Shown here one piece after another: positions 28,432-41,260 of a DNA stretch of 64,000 nt. The notes below the pieces were generated by a model. That model did no database searches and was not told the origin of the DNA. It saw only the letters and a list, made by a program, of their open reading frames with translations. The DNA lies in NCBI RefSeq assembly GCF_009914755.1, contig NC_060929.1; one strand, written 5' to 3'. Origin of the DNA: the human T2T-CHM13v2.0 reference genome, Homo sapiens. The position numbers and the translations under genes are program-made. Position 1 is the first letter of the stretch, and each line of letters begins with the position of its first letter.

Positions 28432-29142
28432 CCACCTCACAACTATCAGGATGACTACAACAACAAGCAAAAAATACGAAAAACAACAAAACAGAAAATA
28501 AAGTGAGAATATGGAGAAATTCGAAATGCCTGTGCACTGCTGGTGGGAATGTTAAATGCTGCAGCCACTCTGAAAAGCAATATGGTGGCTCCTCAAAAAA
28601 TTGAAAATAGAATCACCATATGATGTAACAATTCCATTTCTGGGTATATACCCAAAAGAATTGAAAGCAAGGTCTTGAAGAAATATTTGAACACCCACAT
28701 TTATAGCAGTATTATTCACAATAGCCAATTGGTGGAAGTAACCCAAATGTCCACCCGTGGATGAATGAATAAACAAAATGTGGTACATATGTACAACAGA
28801 ATATTATTCGGCCTTAAAAAAGGAGGAAATTCTGACACACACAACAATATGGATGAAGCTTGAGGACATGATGTTAAGTAAGATAAGCCAGTCATAAAAG
28901 GAAAAATACTGTATGAGAGTTACAGACAGAAAGGAGAGGGGTGGTTGATAATGTGAAGTTGTTGTTTAATGGGTACCGAGTTTCTGTTTTGCAAGATGAA
29001 AACGGTTCTGGAGACTGGCTACACAACAATATGAATGTATTTGACACTACCGCACTGTATAACTCAAAAATGGCTAATATGATCAATTTAATGCTATGTA
29101 CATTTTACCACAATTTTAAATGTTTGTAATTTTTCAAAAAAG
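28432..29142 (+). mobile_element. 5'-truncated L1MB (L1MB3-like)
   Basis: gcactgctggtgggaatg...ttctgggtatatacccaaaagaattgaaagca...ttttaccacaatt; degenerate TSD caaccacgggcc/caaccatgggcc. Confidence 0.88.
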
Positions 29143-29329
29143 AGAACTACAACCATGGGCCCACGGAGTGTTTTGCATGTGAAGCATCACCCAGCACACA
29201 TGCACAGTGGAGAAACTACTTTAGACAACGGAGTATCGGGAAGTTGTGGAGTATCGCTAAGACCGTCTTTTCTTACCCTCCTTTTTCTTCATCTCCTTCC
29301 TCATAGTCTATGAAAATTTATCACCAAAG

Positions 29330-29690
29330 CCTATTATTTGCAGAATCTTGCTGACTTGCCCTTTCTTTTCTGCCAGTGCAATCTCCATCCTCTCATAAAA
29401 TCTACATTCTAACTCATCTCCTTGATTCTAGTTTTTCCTTCCCCTCCAATTCTTTCCTATGCCACTCCCATTGAAGTGTTTCTAAAACAGCCCTTATCCC
29501 GTATCTTTAGCTTGTCCAATAAGATATAAGAATTCCTCTTGAATCATTGCACCGGGTCTAACCTCAATACCCTTTACGAGCAGACCCTGTTCCTGTTGCT
29601 TCCTTCCACGAACTTTCATCCTAGCTGGAACAGATTCTTCACCAGTCTCACCTCTGTGCCTCATGCTAAATCTCCCCATCTTGAAATACA
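29330..29690 (+). mobile_element. L2 fragment
   Basis: ctaactcatctccttgattctag...gaagtgtttctaaaacag...catcctagctggaac. Confidence 0.5.
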
Positions 29691-30149
29691 GTAGATCCCT
29701 GGTTTCATGTATTCGAAAGCCACCTGTAAGGCCTATGGCCTGTTCTTACCTGTCATGAATCTAAGCCCTGCACCCTGGAGTGGAGGCATGAGTGAGTCAC
29801 TCTGCTAGGAGGGAAACCGCCACCCTCTGCATCTCAACATTGCCTTGTGGTTCTCTGCTTGTCATTTCGGAGGCAAAAACTCTCTTTGTGTTTCTGTTGT
29901 GGAAGAAATTATCATGATATTGGTGTAATTAGAAGCTCACAAATATCAGGGACCTATCAGACTTTCTTATTCTTTTCCACAATTTAAGCTTTTCCTCCTT
30001 CTAGAAGCCTTTCCCAGTGACTCTGACACTTGGTGTTTTCTCTCCTTTCTCTTTTCCAATGGCAAGAAAGGAACCTCTGACCCGCAAACAGGTAGCATAA
30101 GCTTCTATATGTTATCTATCTGATATAGTTTCTAAATTAATTTAGTTGA

Positions 30150-30290
30150 ATAAACCTCACCACTTCAACCACAGTGTAGACTTTTTTGAAGATTAGAAAC
30201 CAGGTCCTTACATCTCTTGCCTTCACATCACCAAGCACAAAGCTGGACACATTGCAGGTGCTCAATAAATATCATAAATTGTTGATCTAG
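30150..30290 (+). mobile_element. L2 3' end
   Basis: caagcacaaagctggacacattgcaggtgctcaataaatat. Confidence 0.7.
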
Positions 30291-32158
30291 AAACAGCACA
30301 CTAAGGTCTCAAAAGAGTACATGAGAGCCATGGAGAAACAATGCGGTATAGTGATCCTCCTAGAGAGACACGTGTCTCCGAGGAGACATGGCCCCTTTCA
30401 AACAGCCACCTCAGTTCTCTTTTACTGCCCTATCCTTTCGCCGGGTTTCTCCTTTCAACCTTGAGAGATAACTGACATGGGCTTAGGATACTCAGTCATT
30501 CTGGAATTCTGTATCAGCACTGAAACATGAGTGGGGAAATTCTAAGAAATTTACTTCTCTTTTTCTTTTCATATTTTCCTCATTCCAAAGTGGAACTAAA
30601 TCGAGGTTCCCTAGCAACCCAGGGCTCTGTGAAGATTCATTATTCTATAAAATCCCACCACCTTACAAACACAAAATGTTACAAGTTGCCCAGTTACCCC
30701 GGCTTCTGAGATGAAGAATATTATTGAAGTCAAATCTGGTGGCTATCACACTCCATGGAACTTGGGGCAACATTTAGGTACCTCTACCCAGGAAAGAATC
30801 TCTGAGAAATAGGTGGCAGTTTCTCTAGCAGCATAAGAAGAACCTTGATAAGCATCATCCTTAAGTCCTGACAGCAGTGGATGACTAGTCAGGAACCTGT
30901 CCAGGTAAGCGCACACCCTAGCAGGGCTCTGCTAAATGGCTCCAATGGCTCGGAGGCCTTACTGAACACTAGGGATTGATTTCTATTGAAAACCAAAAGG
31001 AAAATGAGAAACAATCAAAATCAGGGCTCCTTCCAACCCTGGCTCAATAGCCCTTTGTTTTGCATATTCTCTATGCAAGATGGTGAAATGTAGAGATACA
31101 ATTAGAATATCAAGGCTAATGAAACTAATCATTTCAAATTAAGCCCATATACAACTGTGGCACCACAAAACTGCCTTCTCATCTCTGCTATCCTGGGGGA
31201 ACATCCCAGATGCACAGGAAAAATTAGCTGTCTTTTCTGGAAATTAAAATGGTAAAATGCCTGATGCACAGAACATACTTCACAAATCTTAAGTGAGCCA
31301 AACGAGGCTTTTATCCCCTGACAGCAATCTTTCATGAGCTGGACAACTGTCCCCAGTGTGAGGCAGTGAAGTCTGGCTAGCACTCTGCACACAGGAATAT
31401 CAAGGCCCCTTTTCCCTTTCATGCTTTGCCTCCTCAACCATACTCTCCCCTTTGTAATATCTCTGTCACTAAGGAAACCATGGTAACATCAGTGCTTCTG
31501 TTGAGCACAGTGGTCACTCAAAAGAGGCAGAGTGAGTTCAGCCTATCATTTGAGATCCGAGTATGATTGGGGAAATATCCTGAAATAGTCTATGATTTGA
31601 AGAAATGGATAGATGGCTAGAATAACATGCTAGATGGTAGTCAAGTTACTAACTGCAGAATTGATTTGATAAAATTCTCATCGTGTCTCCTGACTTAGGA
31701 GAAATATTGGGTCTGATGAATGGGTAAAATTCCCAGGTGAAAAGAATTTGGTCTGTAAGATTTGGCAGCACCCTGAGGTTTGCCATATCTGATGGCCTGG
31801 CTTTAGTGGCAGCACCTAGTGAAGGCCCAGGTGTCCTTCTGACAACCTTTACCACCTACCGTTTTGTCCTTACTTATGTTGAATCACTACACACAGGCTG
31901 TTGAATTCAGCTGTCTGTGGAGAAATTATACCAACCACATGGTTAGACAGAAGGAATACAATATATTGCTTAATTTGTATCTGAAAGCTAAGCAACATGG
32001 AAAAAAATCAAGCCTGCTCAGTCACTTCCATGAGGACAAATGAAGACACTTCAAGGTAACCTTAGACCAAACACGTATTAATCTATAATCAGATGCCATT
32101 CAAAATAATAAGAGACATTGACCTGAATCTTAGAGCTGATGCAACTGAGTGTGTCACC

Positions 32159-32424
32159 TCAGTATTCAACCAGTAGGGGGTTGTTTATGGGGAGGGCTTC
32201 GGCTTGCCAATTAGAAGTCTTGGCTGATTCTAGCACTTTCTTGGCTGATTCTAGCACTTTCTGCAGGTTCTCTTTCTGCAGGTCAGTTACTTTGTTTGTA
32301 AAAGTGTACTCCTTCTTAGTAGCTATCAACTCCTTCTTGGTAGGGTTATTTCTTTTACTTCTTTGTATTCCTTCCACTATACAAAATACAAACCCTTGTT
32401 TATAGCTGATTCCCCAGTAAATTT
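32159..32424 (-). other. Candidate exon with an open reading frame (unrecognised product)
   Basis: Strong acceptor catccttctttcatccatttgttctttcAG before 32424 (alternatives at 32506, 32476 and 32376); frame open to TGA at 32159; three frame-preserving tandem duplications. Confidence 0.3.
32218..32343. repeat. Cluster of three short tandem duplications (periods 21, 15, 21)
   Basis: tcttggctgattctagcactt x2 (32218, 32239); ctttctgcaggt x2 (32257, 32272); actccttcttRgtag x2 (32308, 32329). Confidence 0.92.
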
Positions 32425-32510
32425 CTGAAAGAACAAATGGATGAAAGAAGGATGATTTATGATATGTCCATGGTTGCTGAAAGAATGGGGAAAAATGTAA
32501 AATCACCTGA

Positions 32511-32585
32511 AAAGTTAATAGATAATAAATGCAAGAAGTTTTATTTGTAAAAAGCCAATAGATAATAAATAAAAGAAGTTTTATC
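32511..32585. repeat. Imperfect tandem duplication, period 40
   Basis: aatagataataaat..aagaagttttat at 32517 and 32557. Confidence 0.88.
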
Positions 32586-32699
32586 CATGATAAGTAGATG
32601 CTGCTACTTTGTCAATGTCCCAGAGAAATACATGTGTCCAGAGAACATTTATTTGACCAATTCAATCAACCAACCAGAAATTCAGTTGAAACATCAGTT

Positions 32700-33492
32700 T
32701 GACAGGTATTGACTGAAGTGGCTGGGTAGCATAGTTGATCTTATTGGCCCTTTTGTGGTCCACATTTTAGTGGTGACCCAGTATTCCTCTCGGAAACCAG
32801 AAGGAAAGGAAAAAGGGAGGCAGGGCTTTAGCTATGCCATGATGTGGTTCAGAGAATATTGGATGAGAGCTAGTAGACCTGGTTTCTCCTCAGTCTTGGG
32901 GAGGGGCTTCCTGGCCATTGCTATATGACCTCCCTCTCAGGACAGTACACTGAGAAGAGACAGAGCAAAGAGCTAGTCTGAAAGAGAGTGGACTATTGTC
33001 TGCTGGTCCCAGATCCATGCATTCTTCCATGCCTTCCTCTGTACTGCAGTCCACTTGCTAGAGGAAGGCTAGAATATAGGAGGAAGAAGGCTTTTTTGTC
33101 TGCTACTGGTAGAGCCACCAATAGCAGTAGTACCGAGATCAGCAACTATGGGCTCTGGCAGCTCCATCGGTGACACTGAGCTTTAGCGGTGTCAGTCCTG
33201 GTTTCACCAGCATCAAAATGTAGTGTCCGGGGTTCCTAGTCAGAACAGCATAGATCCGACTGTGGCAATGGTAACAGCAGCAGCATCTTTAGAAACTCAG
33301 CAGACAGTGTGGGCTTGCAGGTTTCAACCCAGGTTGAAAAATCCCAGCTTCCTGATCTCTGGGGCACATTTCCCTCTCTGTGTGCTTCCCCAGCCCATCT
33401 AACACCTTGGTAACATTCTTTCTCCATTAATTCCTTCTGTTTGAAACATCCAGAGTAGTTTCTGTTTTTCTGTCTAGATAATGATTGATACC
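32700..33492 (+). mobile_element. Ancient ERVL-class LTR (family uncertain)
   Basis: 3' end attaattccttctgtttgaaacatccagagtagtttctgttttt...tgattgatac resembles ERVL/MaLR LTR termini; 5' boundary is a guess. Confidence 0.4.
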
Positions 33493-33684
33493 CCTCCCAT
33501 GCCCCACCTCTCACCCAGGACAGGATCGAAGTGTTGGGGGAGCCACAACCTGCTTCACCTAGAAAGTAAGAAAGAAAAAGAGAACTGAACAGTACCACAC
33601 CTTACAAAGTTCAACCCCATTTTGAAAATTAAGGGTGGCTTATCAAATTTCCTAAGTCAGCCAACCCCTGGTGACATGTATTCA

Positions 33685-34082
33685 TGGTGGTGCTGTGATG
33701 TGCCACTGAGATCCCCCATGAGGATTGAAGGATTTATCCCGCAGAAGCTGGAATAGCTCCCAAAATACAATCCCCAACTGTCAATCCTCTTCGGGATTTG
33801 TCTAGGCTTATGAAAACTAGGCAGAGGCAGCCCCCACCCAGTGACTGATCAGCAGGGAGTTATAAAGGCCCAAGCTCATATTCCAACAACGAAGCGCCAT
33901 ACCAGCTCCAGAGCTTCCCATAAAGTCAGCTGAGACCTTTGCTGGGACTACATCACAGCTCAAATTATCCCTTGTCCCAATCTGCCCCCTTCCCTTTTCT
34001 TCCATGGCAGTTTATCCCAAGAGCACTCCCTAATAAGCCCTACATACTCATCTCTGCCTCAGAACCTGCTGCCAAAGAGACA
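33685..34082 (+). mobile_element. ERVL solo LTR, LTR16 family
   Basis: cagtgactgatcagcagggagttataaaggccc, gctccagagcttccc, cccaagagcactccctaataa are LTR16 motifs. Confidence 0.8.
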
Positions 34083-34084
34083 TA

Positions 34085-34813
<729 letters not shown>

Positions 34814-35287
34814 GAACCCAACCTGCAAACATATCAATTGTCTTTTCAACTAGGAGGACATTGACATGGATCTGCCAGCTTTCTAAGACTTTCCCCAGAT
34901 TCAAGTCCAGTCACATCAAGTTGCCTTATTAAAGGGTCTGCCCACTCAAAAGGAGAAAGTGCAAAAGATGCTCAGCAAGGTTAGTTATGGGTTCCCCAGC
35001 ACAGGCTGGCAATATTTTAATCAGGAATGACAGAGTCTGGTTCCCAGGCTAGAGGGAAACCTGAAATGGGGCATCTATTGGGAAATACGCATTTACAAGG
35101 AAACTATTTATTACACATAGCTGGGTGATGAGAAATGTGGCTGATCATTCACCTCTGGAAGGGTGTCTGGGAGTCTAACATAATTAGGCTCTTATGTCGT
35201 TTGTTCCCAAAATTAATAACAGTATGACAATGAATAAAGGTGGGAGGAGGAAGGTACAGGCAAATAGATGATAGATTTTTTTTTTAA

Positions 35288-35629
<342 letters not shown>

Positions 35630-37889
35630 CTATTTTTTCAATTTACTGATAGAGTTATCATGGTATTCCTATGTTTTTCTCCGCGTACACATTGCCTTGC
35701 TTTCAAGCTGAAAATGTGAAGATGCTTTGCCGTAGAAAGCATTGTCACAGTAAAACGCCTTAAGAGTCAGCATTTTGTTAGTGGGGGCAGGGTAGCAGGA
35801 AATGTGGGCTATAGAGAAATTTATGCATGAATGCTTAAAAGCAACCTAAAGCCAGCCTGCACTTTGGAACTCAAGTTGGTGTTACAGTCTGTATCTGGAG
35901 CCATCAAAACCATGTTGGGATGGGGCATTTGAAGGAGTACAAACAGGCAGGGTTACAATCTGGCCCTGAGCCCTAAATCCCAAGAACACTGGCCTCAAAA
36001 ACATCAGAAAGCAATGGAGGTCTGAGAATCAAGTGCAAATGTTCTCATGTGCCAGGAAAACCTAAGACAGCTATTTTCACAGTATATTGGGGCTTGGCCA
36101 GGTTCCAGAAACCATCAGCAAAGTAGCCTGCCTTGATACTTCAAAGGAAGAAGTCGCACTGATAAATCCTGCCCACACTTTCCACCGCACACACTTCATC
36201 TTGAGGTATATAATACCACAACAATGAGTCACTGGGCTGGAGCCTGAGGCCTGTCCACAGGACAGAAAGAAAGAAAAAAGTCTCTCACATCTGTTGTCTA
36301 GGGCAATTCCCCTCACTCTTCAAAACTGCATAAAAACAGAATAATAAAAACTGTCACAGGACAAATGAGTTATGGCCTGGTTTACCTGTACAGTGTCCCT
36401 CAGTAGAACTATAACGAAGTTGGCCCACCATTTTTCTTTACCACATTTTATCACATTTTGATAAAACTCATCAGACAGGGAGGAACCAATCTACTTTATT
36501 CCTTAGATTCAGCTCAGATATCTTAGGAGGACTTTAAACCATGAGACAAGCTGAGAGCTTTTCTTTAACATACTTACACACTCATACCTTGGAAAGCCTC
36601 TGTCTTCTGAATTGTATTTGGTGTAAATGAAAATTCAGCAAATATTCACAAGAATACCCAAGGTAAAGAATATCAAGCCTAGGTGTCATGGACGAGAAGA
36701 AAGCAACAAGGGGATGCCAAGGTCAAGAGTAGGGCCTTTGCTTCTTAGTGGGGGTTGGGCAGGAAGAAATCATAAAAATTCCTTTTCTATAAATCCTGCA
36801 CTGTCTGGACTGCTCATGGGCTGACTGGCAATTTGGTCAGGCAATAGACTTTTCCCATCTGGTCATTTAGCGAGGGTCTATGGAAAGATAGTGGAAATCG
36901 TCTACATCTTTTGCTGAGTAAGACAAGAAAGTCAACGAATGCAGCGACTACATAGTATGCTGGAGGCTAAAGTCTTAAGAGACACATTGGTTTAGATGTG
37001 TGCACGTGGCCATGTTTGCTTTGGGGCAGTTTTTTGGACACACAGACACGTCTCCACCCACTCGTTTACCCCTACCCCATTCCCACCCTTACCCGCACCC
37101 CCACCTCACTTTGTTCTTAAGACTATAGTTATGCATAACTGCTAAGAGTAAACACTTTCCAGATGACCTACACAAAAATCCTTTTCCAAAGACTCTTCTT
37201 GGTTTCAGGTGAGTTCTCATTTTCCTTCACTCAAGTTTTGTTTGTCTCCCCCAGGGTAGCAAACGCAGTCAGATGATACTTCCTGACAGCATCCAAGAGC
37301 AAGTCTCACCACCACATCTGTCAATAAAAAAGAAAACGAGGAGCTGCCAATTTGTCTATTTATAGGTGCCAATAAAATCCTGCACAGAACTTTAGTCAAC
37401 AAGACTATTTCAGAAGGGGTGGCCAACAGTGTGGCCTTTCACTGGCAAGGGCCACCTTTGTCATCACTTAAGAAAGAAAACCTGCCAAGTTTTCTGTGAG
37501 GCCCTCAATAAATCTTACTGAGTATTTCCATACACATCAGCCACCTTAACTTGAGGAAAGCCAACTTGGTGAGCATTATGTTGATTTACCAAGATAAGGA
37601 GCCTAGAGTCTATGGCAAGAAGTTCTTGAGGCCCCTCAGGGAGTGTCAAACAGTCCAACCCATAGGCAGGGGAGGAGGAAAATTACACCTCTCCTTCAAC
37701 ACCTCCAGAGCCCAGGATCCTGCCACCTGTCAGAGCAGAGGGGCAGTGGGTGTTGGCATGGCCCACAAGATGCCTCCAAGGAGAGAGGCACTGAGACAGG
37801 GGTTGCACTGGGGTTTCTAAATCCTGGGAGCTGAGAGTCAGATCCAGGATACACACTGGGGTTCCCATTGCCTAGCCCTAAAACATGGC

Positions 37890-38200
37890 AGTTGTGGTTA
37901 GCTCTGGTGAAGCAAAAAGACCACCAAATTGAATTCAGATAATTAGTTCTAATTATGCTAACTCTACCACTTTCTGCTTTTTAGAACTTGAGCAAATTAC
38001 TTGATTTTTTCTGAGCTTTATGCAGTTCTTATGAAGACTAAATAAAAAGGTATTCAATATTAATAGGTAGTTTATTAAGCATTTCCTGTAAGCCAATGAC
38101 AGTGCTAAGAACACAAATATCCCAGTGTTCAGATAGGAATTGTAAAGGGTGGAGACAGTAACTTGCCCAGAGCCACACAGTTAAACATGGCAGATATCTT
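37890..38200. mobile_element. MIR/L2 fragments
   Basis: aacttgagcaaattacttgattttttctgagc (+ MIR core); tttattaagcatttcctgtaagcc and aacttgcccagagccacacagtta (antisense). Confidence 0.55.
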
Positions 38201-39046
38201 ATACATATTTTGGCTATTTTGTTTATCATTTTAGAACCACGAGAACACCTCAGCTACCACTATAACATGAATTTTTTTAATCCAGTGCCAATTTTATTTT
38301 TTGGTTGTTTGTTGGCAGAACACAAAACTCATAAAAAGCTTCACCCAGGATAGCCATTGTTGTGTGATAAAGTTGGGAGATTGATTAAAACGGCAGTGAC
38401 ATTGTGGTATTATTTTTGTTTTGTGTTGTTAGTGGCCAGATCCTTCACAAACACCTGGAAACTAGTGTGGCTTCTGGTTCTAGCCATTCGGTAACAGCTC
38501 TGAGGCTGAATAAATTGGACGTGAGAATGTGACAGTGAAAGACGGCTTGGGAACACCCAGGGTCTGAATAAAGCTTAGAAAATACACCACACCTTTATAG
38601 AAAAAGTAGATTTCTGTTTTATAAGGGAAAGATTGGCAGGAGTTCCAGGCCAGCTGCCCCCAAGAAAGAGGTAACTATTTAAGCCAATAAGGTTTCCATC
38701 TACACAAGTGCTCAAGTGGAAACCAGCCAACCAGAGTTAGCAGTTCTGTGGCAGAGAATCTCTGAAATCACCGCTGTGTTCTGAAATCACAGAACAGAGG
38801 CCTCCCAAGCTTGCCGAGCCACTCAGCCTCACAGAGCCTCATTTCCACTTCTCTAAGATGTAGGGACTAGATCATGCAAAATGGTCTAACCAAAGAGTAG
38901 ATTTCTTTGAGGTTTCTTTCTGTTCCAAAATTCTGAGATTCTTAATTATGTCGAGGAAGCCACTTCGAAGCTGCTTTAGATAAAATAACCAGAATCCAAA
39001 ATAAAGTTCGGCTTCAGCTGAGCATAATATTCCTAACACTTTACAC

Positions 39047-39260
39047 CAAGCTTGTCCAACCCGTGGCCGGTGGGCCGCATGCAGCCCAGGACAGCTTTGA
39101 ATTTGGCCCATACACTTCCTTAAAACATTATGAGATTTTTTTTTTTTTTTTTTTTTTTTTAGCTCATCAACTATCGTTAGTGTTAGTGCATTTTATGTGT
39201 GGCCCAAGACAATTGTTCTTCCAGTGTGGCCCAGGGTAGCCAAAAGATTGGACACACCTG
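39047..39260. mobile_element. MER30 hAT-Charlie DNA transposon (MITE)
   Basis: Imperfect TIRs caagcttgtccaa / ttggacacacctg, internal poly(T) + agctcatcaactatcgttagtgttagtg; 8-bp TSD ctttacac/ctctacag. Confidence 0.92.
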
Positions 39261-39429
39261 CTCTACAGTGTGTATTTTCTTTCACAGTGTCTTAAAAGGA
39301 ACACATTTCAAAATCCCTACATTTTTCTTCTTTTTCTTCTCCCTCTTCTCCTCCTTCATCTTGTTTGCCATCATTATCATCATGATTGTACTTAGGGTAT
39401 TTGTTTAATGTGTTTGTTTTTACAGAAAG

Positions 39430-40685
39430 TGCCTTTTGCAAGCCACTGCTCCTACTGACCTAGTAGTGGAAGGTAAACTGAGTGTCACAGAACTCCAAGC
39501 ATCCTCACATGTGCACTGAACAAGAAAACTGTGGAGTGCCTGCCCACTCCAAGCCACCTGCCCCACGCCACCCCAAGGGGTGCCCACCAACAGCCCCAAG
39601 GGAAGGGGTTCTTCGAGCATAAATTGCTAGGTTCAGATCAGGTTCAGATCCTCATTCGCAGGTGATTGGTCTGAACCCTGTATCAGTCAGGGTTCTCTAG
39701 AAGGACAGAATTAAAGGAATATATATATGTTTATTAAGTATTAACCCATATGATCACAAGGTCCCACAACAGGCCATCTGCAGGCTGAGGAGCAAGGAGA
39801 GCCAGTCCGAGTTCCAAAACTGAAGAACTTGGAGTTTGATGTTTGAGGGCAGAAAGCATCCAGCATGGGAGAAAGATGTAGGCTGGGAGGCTAGGCCAGT
39901 TTCTCTTTTCACATTTTCCTGCCTGCTTATATTCTAGCTGTGCTGGCAGCTGATAAGATACCAGATTAAGGGTGGGTCTGCCTTTCCCAGCCCACTGACT
40001 CCAGTTTTAATCTCCTTTGGCAACACTCTCACAGACACACCCAGGATCAATACTTTGTATCCTTCAATCCAATCAAGTTGACACTCAGTATTAACCATCA
40101 CAATCTAGGTGTAGAAGTCTCACCTCAGAGCAGCTCCTCTCTGAGTCGCCCTGACACAAAAGCTGAGCCTAACAAAGACAAGGGGGATCAATGGAAGCAC
40201 TCAGAGTCCCTCTCTAGAAGCGTCTAAATGAGAATCATAGAGCTATTCATGAGTGGAAAGGTAGGAAAGAAACCGAAGCCCAGAGGCCTTCAGCAGAAAC
40301 CTAGAGTAGCAGAAGCCACAGGCAAGAGGAAGCCTGGGCAGGCAAAAGCTAGGGGAAAGCCTGCAGTCCTAGACAGCTAAAACTGAATGACATGCAGAAG
40401 AGCAATGAGATACTCGGTTGTGCAGTGGCACAAATAGTAGAAAATTAGAAAACTCCTGCTGCTCTAGGACCACAAGGCAATCCAGCTCCCAGAGTTGCTT
40501 CTGATTCTGTGTAACCTCCTAGTTCCTGATGGACATACCATTCTCCATGAGTTTTGGCTCTTTGCAATTCCCCCATGAGGTCTGGTACAGATTTCTGCCT
40601 ACATATATCCACCAATGAATCTCAATTTCTTCATTGTAACCTGAGTCAGTCTCTCATGCTGATCATCAAAAGGCCTATTAAGTAT
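39430..40685 (+). mobile_element. Ancient LTR relic hosting MLT2A1 (family uncertain)
   Basis: 3' end gtaacctgagtcagtctctcatgctgatcatcaaaaggcctattaagtata resembles old ERVL/Gypsy-like LTR termini. Confidence 0.35.
39679..40102 (-). mobile_element. HERV-L solo LTR MLT2A1
   Basis: Reverse strand TGTGATGGTTAATACTGAGTGTCAACTTGATTGGATTGAAGG start, ends ctctagagaaccctgactgataCA with internal (TA)n. Confidence 0.95.
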
Positions 40686-41074
40686 AAAATGCTGTATGGA
40701 CTTACTGTCTGAACGATGACTCCTAACCTGCTCACAACTCCACTAACATGGATGCTTCTGTTCTGGGAAATTCCAGGGTTTGTCTTCTGTTTCCATTGAA
40801 TTGACCACTTGCCTGTTTTTCAAATGCTCTAAACCTTCTATTTACATAATGCCTTTGTACCCTCTCATGTACTTCTCATACTGTCTCTAGCCTCTCATAA
40901 CTAAAAGTACTGATACTATTACTTCAATTACCATTTTACATTTGTACTTTTCCTGACAGATTTTTCCGTAGTACTTTTCCAGGCAATTTCACCTGCATTA
41001 TCTCTTCTGAATCTTGTAATAGACTTATGATGTAACAATAGTAATTATAATACCTAATATTTACGTGGTGTTAT

Positions 41075-41260
41075 ATAATTTGAAGACCATTTCACACACA
41101 GAATCTCATTTGGCCAGATCCATTTAATGAAGCTGTGGGGTGTTTTTCTCATTTTACGGATGAGAAAACTGGGTTCAGGGATGACAACCCATGCAAGTCC
41201 ACACAACAAAGAATGATTTCTCCCGGCTGTCACTTCGGTGCTAAAATGCTCTGTAGTTTT
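41075..41260 (-). mobile_element. MIR SINE
   Basis: ctcattttacggatgagaaaactgggttcagg core. Confidence 0.75.

Noticed and set aside
38761-38790. Short direct repeats tctgaaatcac (also ggttcagatc x2 near 39630)
   Set aside because: Two-copy 10-11 bp duplications are common background.
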